Shown here: piece after piece, positions 10,664-23,015 of the stretch
Position numbering within the stretch: position 1 is the stretch's first letter
Layout: the number at the start of each line of letters is the position of its first letter
Assembly (NCBI GenBank): GCA_030704615.1
Contig: CM060732.1
Span: forward strand, 61,814,001-61,878,000
From: Takakia lepidozioides
Lineage: Eukaryota > Plantae > Bryophyta
DNA: 64,000 bases
Direction: 5' to 3'
Made by a program: the position numbers and the translations under genes
The notes under the pieces: model-generated
Database searches by the model: none
The model's input: the letters and a program-made list of their open reading frames with translations, nothing else
What the model was told of the DNA's origin: nothing

Positions 10664-12933
10664 TCCAACCTGGAAATGGAATATTATGTAGAGATCAAGT
10701 ACTAGACTACAATATGGGAGATCAGTATCTAGAACGCCTGTGTATCGAGAATCCTGATATATACCATATTATGTTGAAATTTGTCCAAATATCTATCAAC
10801 ATGAAACTACACAATCTTGAGTTATCCAATGCTCACACGGCATATCATGAATGTACTTACTAGCTGTATTCTTCTTGTCATTCATGTCAAGTTCGTGTTC
10901 CAGAAGGATGGAGCTCATTTCACTGAAAAACAGACCTATGGCAGTAGCGCTGAGAAGGTTGAATGTTCAGAGTTTTAATTAATTCGTGGGATCAACAGAC
11001 ATCGTCTCATACTTATATCTAATAAATACATTCACTTTAGCTTTAGATCTATATTGCATTTTCATCTAACGTGCATATGCATTTATTTCTTTTGCAAGCA
11101 AGTGAGCAACCTACTCCAAGCAAGTCTGAGGGACAGAAGGTTAATACCACGGTTATTGGGAATTAGATGTACTTTTTGGTATATTCTTGTGTATCTACGT
11201 CTGCGACACAACATCCCAGATACTGGACCATGTATAATCATGGGAGAATCATATTACTTTCTTTGGAGAACTCCGTAGTTGAATCAACTAGACAAGTATC
11301 TCAATACAGCTCCACACTTGATCTTTTGAGCAACTAGACATTGCCAAGACTTTCCTTAGGGTATGTTATTTTGTAGATGCCCTTTAGAAGAAAACACTGC
11401 ATGAGAAGCCACTTCGACGTTTAAAAGTCACCATCAATTTTACTTCCATAACCATATCATTATTTCAAGCTGTCATGACAACCTCCAAACCAGAACGACT
11501 CAAAGCTGCTCCTCGATCAATTTCTGCGGCGAGCTTTCTTTTATCAGATAATTGAGACGGCAATTTTCAGAACAATGGCCTAGTGAATTGAAATCCTCAA
11601 TCTTTCGCTATATTCCGGGATTTCCAGTCTCTCGCGGAGGTCTTTCATGACGAGGATCAGAAATGCTTGGCAGCTTCTCCATGAAGCTTTGACTCTTAGA
11701 CAATCCCATGAGGCGCTCGAGTTGCTTTCGGCCGCTTGTGGCCCCTCTCTCTTCCTTTTATTACATGTCGAGCGCTCTATCAATCGATATATCCTATCCC
11801 TCGTTATAAGTGACTCATGTGAATCACGGGGCCTAATCGTCTCTCGTGTCTCCACCACATTTATCGCACAATCAGAACATATAGGAGCATGGAGCTCTTC
11901 GTCCCTCCTCCTTAATCGTTTTTTTGGTTGGCAATAGACGTGCATCTCTATCTTGGCCCATTATTTCTTCTCAAATCCCTCCTTACATCTTACTGAAACC
12001 CCTAATACATTGAAAAAGCAGCAAAACAGTGAGGACAGTAGCATACATAACAAAGAGGCAAAGAATTTTTCTCCACCATGTTATCTCTTCTGCGGTCTTG
12101 CAGATGAGTCAATATTAAGAGAAAGGGCTGGAACCTCACCTGGTCCCATCACAAGGAACCACACAACCAATACCTTAGTGACTGTTGTGGAATATCAGGG
12201 ATTTTTAGCCCATCCCACTTGCGATCAATTTCCACTCTTAAGAAAGTTTTTAATCTACGGCGGAAGGTAGGAGAGAAGACAAAGACTGCACTCAACTTGA
12301 GAAGATGAGAGTGTTATTATGGCAAGGCACCTCATCACATATAGAGCTGGAATGGTAAGAAGAGAACCTTGAAGAGAAGAGAGAAGCCAACATTCACAGA
12401 AAATAGTCAATGAGTACATCTCTGTTCCCCACATGATGTCAATGTTCCTGGAACCCATTTTGGAGTTTGTGCTCACTATATATATGGAAAGTGAGCCGTG
12501 AATTTTATGGCAGCCATTGACAATCCAGTTACACGGAACTCAGTGCTGATGCAATTGTTGGTATTGAATTGGAACAGAGTGTTGATTCCAGCGCTTCTAC
12601 ATGTGGGTGAGCTGCATGTGAATGCTGGCTGTTTTTTTGCAATTCATTACAACAATTACGTTTAAGTGATCTGTAGTCTTACTAATACCAGTAATGTTGT
12701 TTGATAAACTGAAGAACATCTCTCTTCAGTTTGTAGAAGGCATTTCTTTTCAAGTACCGCAGGCGAGTGGGAAGCTGCCGATGGAACAAGATTTGGAACA
12801 AAGTGAACAGGAATTGGAATGCATATTTTATGTAAGTTGGATGGACTCGGGCACCGGATGAACGCCAAGGACATCTATAGAAAGTTCCCTCTGGAGTTCG
12901 CAAAAGGGAGTTCGGTAGAAACTACAAACCCCT

Positions 12934-12942
12934 AAACCCTAA
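12934..12942 (+). promoter_or_regulatory. Telo-box (AAACCCTAA) upstream of fibrillarin
   Basis: AAACCCTAA within AAACCCCTAAACCCTAACCCTAG about 125 bp before the ATG; a known motif of plant ribosome-biogenesis gene promoters. Confidence 0.7.
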
Positions 12943-13065
12943 CCCTAGGAGCAACGGTGGGAACGGCGGAGTGGAGGCTTAGACTCCTTCTTGCGCACGG
13001 AGCTCCCCTCTCTTATCTTCTCTTCACTTCTCTTCTCTCTCGCGCAGCAGGACCGAGCTGCAAAG

Positions 13066-15110
13066 ATGAGGCCTCCAATGCGTGGTGGGCGAGGCGGGGG
13101 TGGGTTCCGAGGAGGACGGGGTGGGGATGGAGGAGGAAGGGGTGGTGGGCGGGGGGGAGGTGGAGGGTTCCGAGGTGGAGGGAGGGGAGGCGGCAGAGGC
13201 GGAGACCGGGGCGGACGGGGAGGGAGAGGAATGAGTAGAGGACGCGGAGGTGGGAGAGGTGGTGGAAGAGGAGGAGGCATGAAGGGAGGGTCTAAAGTGG
13301 TAATTGAGCCCCATCGTCACGAGGGGGTATTCGTTGCCAAGGGCAAGGAAGACGCCCTAGTGACTAAGAATTTGGTGCCTGGAGATAGCGTCTATGGAGA
13401 GAAGCGGATTAGCGTTGAGGTAAGTTGTCTTCTTGTGGGCAGTCGATTTAGCATGTCGTGGCTCTCCTCAATTGGAAGCTGACTTTGCAGTAAGATGGAC
13501 GTTAAGGTCTGAAGTTGCTCCCTCCCTTGATATGCAGAATGAGGATGGAACAAAGACAGAGTACAGAGTGTGGAATCCGTTCCGATCGAAGCTGGCTGCT
13601 GCTATTTTGGGAGGAGTGGATAACATCTGGATTGTAAGATATACCATTCTCTGATATTATTTTCAGTTCCTACTATGCTGCAGTATTGAGCCTGAAAATC
13701 TTCTCTTCGCATTTCAAGTTTTGACAGATGTCCTCTGGCAAATGCAGAAACCGGGAGCGCATGTGCTTTATCTCGGGGCAGCCTCGGGCACAACTGTCTC
13801 TCACGTTTCAGACCTTGTTGGACCGGTAGGCCATGAAGTCTTTTCTTTATACGTCTTTGAAGGCACTCTTCAGGTAGTTTTCTTTATCTGTGTTCTATGA
13901 AATACTTGTACACCGGGTCCCATTGAACCCGTATTGTGTTGCGTTGCAGACAGGCATAGTATATGCTGTGGAGTTTTCTCACAGGAGTGGGCGTGATTTA
14001 GTTAACATGGCCAAGAAGCGCACTAACATCATCCCCATTATTGAGGATGCCCGCCACCCCATGAAGTATCGCATGCTTGTTGGTATGGTGGATGTGGTCT
14101 TTGCTGATGTTGCTCAACCTGATCAGGTGTTGTGGAGCCCCTAACCTTCCAGTTTATTTATTGTGGAAATTTGCTCTCTGTAACAAATTGGCGGAACTAG
14201 CTATCCATCTTTGATTTGCCTCTTTTTGCAAGAATGCATATATTCCCAAATGAGGTGGACGTTTTAGAGTGGGTGTTGCAGTTGCTTATTTTGATGCATC
14301 AAGCGGATGAAGAGAATGATGGATTCCCCTTCTGATTCTAAATGAAGGAAATATCCTAGTATCTGACGCTTCAATTTAGTCTTATAAAAGTGAAGCTGAT
14401 TAGCTCGTTTTGCTGTTGTTCTATGTGCCCATAATGTACTCTTATGAGAGGTTGCTGCCAGGGTTGCCTTTAAGAAGAGTCACTCGGCTGGCTCTCTGAA
14501 CTGTAGTTACTGATTCTTAACGGGAAACATGTTGAAGGTTGCTCTCTACCAAAAAGAAATGTCGGCTGTCCAAGTATATTGATTAAGACTCGATCTGTAC
14601 TGTGTTCAGGCCCGTATTATTGCTTTGAATGCCCACAATTTTTTGAAGAATGGTGGCCATTTTGTCATTTCCATTAAGGTGATGTTGAATTTTTCATCAA
14701 TTTCATATTTTCGTGTGATCAGTTGAATTTATTAACTTGAGATGCTTATGACACTTATTGACAGAGGAGATGCGTGTAAGCAGGGATCTTTGTGATGCTG
14801 TTATTTAGGTGCCTAACACAAGGCAAGTGCAATGTCTACATGTGTAATTTTTTGGGTCAGATTGTAACTGATCATGCTTGTACAATTTGGTTCTGGAATC
14901 TGTATCTGCACTAACTAAGTGGGTATGGTTCAGGCCAACTGTATCGATTCAACGGTGCCTGCAGAGGCTGTGTTTGCACAGGAAGTGAAGAAGTTGACAA
15001 AGGAGCAATTTAAGCCTTCTGAGCAAGTCACTCTAGAGCCATTTGAACGAGATCATGCATGTGTTGTGGGTGGATACCGGATGCCTAAGAAAGTTAAAGG
15101 TGGATCGTAG
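13066..15110 (+). CDS. FIB: Fibrillarin (rRNA 2'-O-methyltransferase), 6 exons: 13066-13419, 13538-13633, 13748-13825, 13950-14126, 14610-14678, 14934-15110 (316 aa)
   Basis: RGG-rich GAR domain, [69 protein letters not shown]. All introns are GT-AG and exon lengths sum to 951 nt. Confidence 0.97.
14301..14371 (+). ncRNA. Intronic C/D box snoRNA (snoR60/U60-like) in fibrillarin intron 4
   Basis: Terminal stem AAGCG/CGCTT; C-like ATGAAGA (14307), D' CTGA (14332), C' ATGAAGG (14342), D CTGA (14363). Guide GGATTCCCCTT before D' is complementary to the conserved 25S rRNA segment AAGGGGAAUCC. Confidence 0.85.
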
Positions 15111-18100
15111 TCTAAACTGGCCTCTTTGTTTAATGTTCCCATCTGTAACATGAAGGTCAGCAGTACTTCTTTAAATTTGTCCAAAATCGCCATGGCGAAT
15201 TTTTTGATTTCTATGCCCCATAATTCCTTGGTCGCATGTTTTGCGGAGTCTCACATCTACAGCAGCGAGAAAAATTCTCGGAGGGAGCACATGCAGACCC
15301 TTATTATGATGGCCAGGTCCTCAAATAAAATCATGACTAGAGGAAGCAGAAACTGCCTCAGTGGTCATGAGTTTATTATTTCGTGAGCTTTCACCCCTTC
15401 TGTTTGAGCTGAACATGTTCAATCAAGTCCACCTCCTCCAGGCCGTGTACGATGTTTCTTAAATTGGCAATGTTTGAGTCTTGGGGCGCATTGCAATTGT
15501 TATGTGGGGGCCGTGCTTTCCCTTCTTTGGGGGCACTTTCTCCATCTTCCTGTTAGTCTGAGCTTCCCTGCGGCACATTCTGTTTGACATCACCGGGTGC
15601 ACCTGAAAAAGCAGGGGCTGATGATGAACTCAGTGTGACCCGTCAAAGGAGATTCTGTGGAAGAAATATCATGAGCTCCAGTCGGCGGCTCCAGAAACTG
15701 CATGAAGAGCACGTTGTTATGTCTGGCACATCATTGGCACAGCGACGACAGTAATGAGTTTCGAGGTAGTAATACAGCAGTTCTCAGATACGTTTCAAGA
15801 CACTAATTGATAGACTGTTTCCCTCAGATCCTGAAGGGCATTCCGCAGCTCAGTCATCACTCCACAAAATCAGCCGCCGAGAAGCAGATGTATATATATT
15901 TCGAGACACTTTATCATGTGCGCCTACTCAAGTTTACCAAACCTTGCGAAAATTTCATTCAGGATTTCCGCACCGAAGTCGTCATAGTCTTTCATACGCT
16001 CTTGAATCTATTCTATCGCGCTCTATGACAAAAACACATTAGTGGTCGTCATACCTGGTGAGTTGGACGATCTTAGAATTATAACAGATCATTTCGAAAA
16101 CTCATAGTATATTGAAGTAGAGGACTGCGTCAATCCCAGCTGCCATGTTACATCCTCCGCTACGGTTGCCCGGTGTACCTATGTCCTGGAAACATAGCCC
16201 TGGAGCTACTACTTCCTCTTCAGAGCCAGCTGCTCAAAACTGAGATCGACGTACTGAGAGCTGTCACGCCAATGCTGCGAGCAAGGGGCCAGAAAGTTTG
16301 TCAGACACTCCGCTGCTCGAGACCACAGCGGCAGTCTCTTGGCCCACCTTTTCCCGCCAGCTGCATTTTGCGAGCTTTCATGCACCGAAAATTCAATCCG
16401 AGCCTGAATCACGATTCACAAATGAGCTACGACCCAATATAGTACTAAAGTGTCGAGTAGCATCATTGCAGATTTTGAGTGTACGTACTGTGCTGTTGAT
16501 TATGTTGGGGAATGGCCTGTAACCACCAACTGACATGACAGGAGCACGGTACAGAGTCAGCAAATTATTCGTGCCCACTGCCCAATAAAATTATGCTCTA
16601 TATCACATGGAGCAAAACTTGTCAGGTCGACGAATCAAGGCAAGAGTCACAAATTGAAAAAAGAGTTCACAAGTTTGAGCTGTCCGGCTTGTAAAGCCGC
16701 TTAGGGCAAGTGATAAAAGAGGCCCGGGAGTTGAATGCTGCCTCAGCGGGCCTGCCTGCGTGGCCCCACCCACGCCCTCCGCCTCGACCCCCCTCGCGGC
16801 AGGGCCAGGCGCCCCCCTCCCGCTCCACCTGCTGCCCCCGCGCCAGGTCCCTTGCTCCCGAAACTACTCCCGAAACTACTGTCTCACAATGAACTCAGTG
16901 TGCATGCATCCACCATGCATACCCCATGAATGCAAGAAATACATCCATGACATCATGACTTTGCCATCATATAGTTGGGTCACCCGACACTAAGGACTTC
17001 ACTTCACTTTGCTGCCACGCTGGTTTCCATCTGCTTGTTTCTTGCAATTGCCGAGGAAGATCGAAGTTGGGTTCACTTCAGATGTAGACGCAGACGCAGA
17101 ACTGTTTTGCTTAGAGACATTGTTTGTGTCGATTGAGTAGTTTGTTATTGACAAAGGTGTCTACTGCTGCCTTCCTGTTACAACTCCCCTAGTTTCGTTT
17201 ACCGTAGCTTTTCCCCTTCTTCTTGGGGAAATGTGTCAGACAGTCTCAGGATTAGGTTGAGCTCAGTGACTATCTTAGGCTTAGAGTGCTATTCCTTTTT
17301 ATGATGGATGTGTTGTAGCGGGGCATTTGATTTATGTGGCCGATGAGTTCTTTGTACAGATTGTCATCTTGTGATCTCTTTCCTGTGGACCCACATGCTT
17401 ACATTTTAGCTTGAACTCAGTGCAGACACGGACAGAGAGTGGTTGATTGGAAGCGTTGTTGGAGGCACATAGAGGAGTGAGAAATGTTGTGGGTAGACAA
17501 GTACCGGCCGCGGACGCTTGGCAAAGTGATGGTGCATGTCGAGGAAGCCCAGCATCTGAAGAATTTGGTGAGAACTTTGCATCTTTGCAAAATGCTGTCT
17601 TGATCTCAAGAGGTTAACTACATCAAGCACGTTGCGAAATCTACATTGATAGGTTTGTCACAAGTGCGCAAGGTTACTAGAAATGCTGCGAGGCTGAAAT
17701 GTTATCGACTTTCCTCTGTGTTCTAGAGGTGTCAAGGATAAGTAAGGACGACATAGGGCTTTGATTGCCAACCTATTGCAGCGTCATGTGGCATCAGACC
17801 CCGTGCATATATTGGATTGACCATATAGCGTTTCAATTTTCACAGAGGCTGGCCATTTGGCTATCCACACCAGCGTCGACAGCCCTGCACCATATTGATA
17901 TACAACTAAAGCGTGTGCAAGTTGTTTGTTTACAATGAGATAAGACCTGATGTGTTAAGCTCACATTCGGGAGTGGGTCTTTGACAAAATATGGAGGGAC
18001 GGACTAATCTTTGCTAAGAAAGTATGAAAGACACTTTATGAAGCTGATTGGGAGTCCAAATGGCTTATGGTACAAATGCACACATAGGTGCAGAGAAAAG

Positions 18101-18369
18101 GTACTCCATAACGCCCACAAGGTGCCTTCAGGGCTTGCAAGACAGTTTGGGTCTCACAAGGCCTATGCCAAACAATGGGAATCTGTAGAGAGTGTGTTGA
18201 GGGAGAAAGAGATGAATGATGTTCTCTGTGTGGTCGACAGACAGCACAGGGAGATTGTCCACACTTGCTGTTCTATGGTCCACTGGAGCAGGCAAGAAAA
18301 TCCTTATTATGGCATTGCTCTGAGATTTTCTTGCCTGCCCCCAGAGATGTATTGCATCAGTGCTGAAAA

Positions 18370-18406
<37 letters not shown>

Positions 18407-18574
18407 TTGGGTAGAATATTTCAGGTGGAATTAAGTGATTCTTTCCTATGGATATCCTGAAACTGACAAGTCTATACTTGCTGCAAAATTCATTCCCTGG
18501 CTAGGGCCTTGTGGGATTTATTGAGTGCCCATTTGCTGGTTTGAATCTAGGATTTCAGAATCCTTACCCTGCAA

Positions 18575-19410
18575 TTTAGTATGATCAAGTGTTCAGCAGA
18601 ATGCCTCAACGATCTTTGATCACGTGGAATATAATGTTGGTAGGATTTACCAAGCATGGGTGTGGTAGGATTGCTTCTGATCCCTGTGGATCAATAGCTA
18701 CAGGAAACCTGCGTCAACTGGAAACAGCAGCGCAGCAGCACAATTGACTCAAACTAGGCACTGCTAATGAAGGCACCTTCTTCAACACATTTCAGCCTGT
18801 TTTTCCCTATTATCAGACTCCCTAAATTTTCAGGTTGAATCCTGCAAGTTAGCTCGTTGGTGGATCTATGGTGGTTTTGGAGTGATTTTGACATGTTACT
18901 GCCAATGTGGCAACAAGAAAGTATCGAAGAACAGATAACAGAGAAAAAGAGAAGCTCTGGAATGAATATGTTTCTGACCACAGTCAAGGGTGGAACAATC
19001 GAGGCAAAAAGGTGAATGCCTGTTGGAAGCGCAAGTCAGCATAGGAACTAGTGTGATAAGTAGGGTTGGGGTGTTTACTAGAACAAATCTAGCTTGTCAT
19101 TGTCAACTGCAAGCAGCAAGGCAAGGATGTATGCATGATTTGTGCAGAGCATGGATAGCTGAAGGAGCAGGGATAGAGTTTGGGTTTGGAATGAATACTT
19201 TTCTGACCCCAGTGCTTGTGTTGTGCTTGTGCAAGCCTGGCAGCCCTGGAAAGTGGCAAAGCTCGGTCCATGGTGACATCATCAAAGCCAGAATTGTACC
19301 TGGTGGGCATGTATGCCAAATGTGGCAGCATTGAGGATGCAAAGGGAGTAGTTGACAATATGGCTGAACGAGGTATAGTGTATGGAGGGCGATGATCGCA
19401 GGATATGAAG
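18575..19410 (+). pseudogene. Decayed PLS-type PPR and OSB-type PDF motif fragments
   Basis: DQVFSRMPQRSLITWNIMLVGFTKHGCG; LWINSYRKP; EKLWNEYVSDHSQGWNNRGKKVN; WNEYFSDPS; VHGDIIKA; LVGMYAKCGSIEDAKGVVDNMAER. Multiple frameshifts. Confidence 0.75.
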
Positions 19411-22400
19411 CTGCATGCCTTTTGCTTGATTTTCTTATGTGTGCTTGCTACTTTTAATGTTGGGTGCTTGTTTCTGTGTGTTCCTCAAAGCAGTGTTCCA
19501 ACAATGTGGTCCCATGCCATTGTATGCATGGAGTAGCGATTTGTCTTTGTACTGAGTTGCAATGTCTGTATTTCATGTTTATGTGTGCTCTGAGTGGATG
19601 TGTAACTGATTGCCTGTATTTGGTGTACTGCTGTTTCGGTGTGTGGTTACATTTTTCCATGGTGCTTGTGGTTGTAGAGGAAACACGATACTGTCATACC
19701 AGTCTAGAATATGTATTACTGCATGTATGTTTTTGTAAGGATAATTGTAGGAGTTCCAGTATAATGACATACATCCTCGCTTCAAGGTTACCATGTATCA
19801 GTCCCCGACTTAGTTGGATGTTTGCAAATCTCATCAGTGTAGTTCATTTCACTGCACTTAATTTTCCCCACTTGTATGCCTTGCCTTAATGTCTTCAGTG
19901 GCCTTCCTGCTTCATGGGCAATGTCTTCATAGATGTCGAGACATAGAAGCTACGTGGGCACTGACTCCTGATTGCCTTTGTGCAGGAAGGTCGTATGAAA
20001 GTGGAAAGCAATTCCACAACGTATACCTCTTTACTTAACAGGTTTCCATTCACAAAGAATATAGCTGCAAGAGGGACAATTGATGCAGTACATGGATGAC
20101 AATGTGACTGTGCCAATCATAAAGGTTATGTGTGATATTGAACTCTCCTGGAGGTCATGTTCTTATTACCCAGCAGAATACGTCTTTATGTTGACAGAAT
20201 TCAGGTTTCATTCTCTGGGTTCATTGCTGTACCAGCAGGATGTTGGCAGGATTCACCATTTCCCTTGTTGGCAACCTGCTCAAATGGATAGAGACGAATA
20301 AAACTCAGTATGCATGGTTTATGCATTCTCTATTCAGTTTTTGGACCTTGGTATGCATGCTCTAGTGACTGCCTTCTCCGTTGCTCCAGCAGTGGTGCCA
20401 ACATGCTTTCACAGCTTCAACTTCAATTTTAACGCAATTTTCTAAGCCTCATCTGTAATATATGGAAGTTTAATTCGAAGTGCGACATCCATCTAATTAC
20501 CAAATTATATGCAGCCATTCGCTGATAAAACTTGAGAAGAATATGCCAGATTCTTTTTGCAAAGAAAATGATAGGGGAAAATTCACATATTGACCTTGTT
20601 CCATGTGCATCACTACACTCACCTTCACAGCTGCAAATAACATCTCCTGCCATGGATGATCAACGAAAACAATACTTCTATTATTGTACCACAAGCTTGA
20701 TACTGCAATGCGGACCTTTGTTCTCAAAATACAATGATAACCGACTTAAAAAAGAGTCATATTCCCCTGTGAAGGGGTTGTACACAACTATGCTTTCTGT
20801 GTATGCTTCGACTTGCTTCCCGAGAGACATGTCTGCAAATGAGGTGAAGGAGGTGAAGCAAAACCCAGAGAAATACGTATACAATCATGTTTGTCACCTT
20901 CTTGACATTTCCTTTACTCGATTTATAGATGGCTGCACGTCCCTTTCATAAACCTGCATCTCAGAACCTGGAATTCGAATACAAGCATTTCATTTCTGCC
21001 CTTACAAATTTGCTGGAAGTATTGTTTCCTTTAACTGTTTCCAGTAACAGTCATGTGTAGGGTCCAACGAGTGTTTTTGGCAACAGTTTCCTCAGTCAGT
21101 CAATTCATAGATGGCTGCACAACCCTCTCATATATCTACATCTGAGAACATGGGGTTCTGCTAGAAGTATACATCAGTTTTCATTGTAGTTTGCTGCAAG
21201 TACTGTTTCTTTGAAGTGTTTAGGGTAACAGTCATGTTTAGGTTTGAAGGATTGTTTTGAGTTCACTGTTTCATGTGTCTGTATACAGTACAGTAACCGA
21301 GTTCCATGGCGCCCCCTTCTTCCATGACTCTTTCAGGCAGTTACTCTTTCAGCCAAGAAGTGGAAACCATGACCTCCGAAGAAAAGGGAGAAAGGCAAGA
21401 GTGGTGACATCCGCCAAGGAGCAAAAAGAGAGCAAGAGGTAATAATTGCCTATCCTTTGGACCTTACAGCTAGGACATATCTGTGTCTGATGTAACCCCT
21501 CTTGAAGTTGGTTGTGGGGTTCTTACCCACTGGGTGTGAATTCAACTAGACATACCAGAACTGTCTTGCACAAGCAGTGCCAATTTGTTTAGAGGGCTGA
21601 TAAAATGGTAAATATTGGTATTGTACCAGGAAGAAATATGGTCGAGGATCCACACCCTTGTGACCAGTTTGTTCATTTCTGCTGTTTTGGATAATGTGTT
21701 ATTTGTGAGTGGGATCAATTGACTGTGCAGAACATCCATGGGCTAGAGAAGGGGGTGATGCCTCTGGTTGGACATCTTGGTGCTTTCAAATATGTGTGAG
21801 TTCGTGAAGTACAGCCGCCTGAAGCAAATTGTTTGAGGGTAATCTAGTTTCCCTTATGCATACATATGTAGGATATTATGAGTGCTTGGTTTAAGAGGTT
21901 ACATTTGACTTTTGGTGATTTGTGATACAGAAGACGCCATGCCATTGGGCTTGCTGTGGATGTTATAAAAGGCTAGGGGAATCTATTCCTTTTTGTTGGG
22001 TGCAGATCCATCCACTAGATTTCAAGATCAGGAGCATCAAGGAGATACTGTGGGTTGATAGCGACAAAGAATGTGCGTCAACAGATGGTCGGTTGGAGAA
22101 TCTGCTAGTAACCAGGGGGTAGTCTGTGGCAAGGCGTGGTGGATGGGGATTGTCAAGACATTTCCAGTATGACACTCCCTCCTTTGCTAGGTGCAAAGGT
22201 GTCTCCTTAGTTGTCATTCTTGAGCCACCTGTTTGCATATTCAAAGGAAGAGAGTTCTTATCTGGATCTTCTATATGTTCTGTAACTTTGTCAATACAAT
22301 GTGAACACAGCTATTAGAAGTGGCAGTCCATGCCTAAACAGATGGTGATCTTATGACAGTTGCTGACCCAGTTCGTATATTTGTCTGATGCTGCAATTTG

Positions 22401-22779
22401 GAAAGGGTGCCCAACCCAAAAACCTATGTTGCAAGCAGGCTGTCCTCATGAAGATCAGATCATGTTTTGAAGTAGTTTTTGCTACACCATAATTTATTCT
22501 GTGAGTCTGATTCTGGCAAGAGTTTTCAGTAATGCAGGATGGCAGAGTTGAATCAGGCACAACTATCTGAACCAAGAACCTCCACCACAACCCCTACTTT
22601 CTAAGCAAGACCAAGGAAGGGAGTCAACATCAACTCTTCTCGTACTTGGGATTTGAGGGCACTATGTAGTGCAGGTTGACTAAAAAGATCAGGAGTTCCA
22701 CATATTGAATCCAGAAGGTGTTTCAGCAGACTCCAGTACTTGTGTTTGTCTCTTGTGACAGTGCATAAAAGTAAAGACC

Positions 22780-23015
22780 TAGAGGTGGGACAACAGGTGC
22801 ACGCTCACATCGTCCTAGGTGGATTCACATGATCAAGCATCTTTCTACTCAACACCATTGTCAACATGAATGCCAAGTGCAGGAGTGTGGTGGATGCACA
22901 ATGATTGCAGGATATTCTCAGCATGGGGATGGTAGGGAGGCTTTCACAAGCTATAAACAAATGATACAGGAAGGGGTATCACCCAACATGGTCACTTTCA
23001 TTTGTGTTCTCAATA
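22780..23015 (+). pseudogene. Decayed PLS-type PPR fragment
   Basis: EVGQQVHAHIV; LNTIVNMNAKC; TMIAGYSQHGDGREAFTSYKQMIQEGVSPNMVTFICVLN. Confidence 0.8.

Noticed and set aside
11400-12900. Short ORFs upstream of fibrillarin
   Set aside because: No recognisable motif or consistent exon structure.
12945-13320. Proline-rich and Ser/Thr-rich minus-strand ORFs (extensin-like)
   Set aside because: They are the antisense shadow of the fibrillarin RGG domain.
14679-14933. Second snoRNA in fibrillarin intron 5
   Set aside because: Only a 9-bp inverted repeat (TGATCAGTT/AACTGATCA); no convincing box set or rRNA guide.
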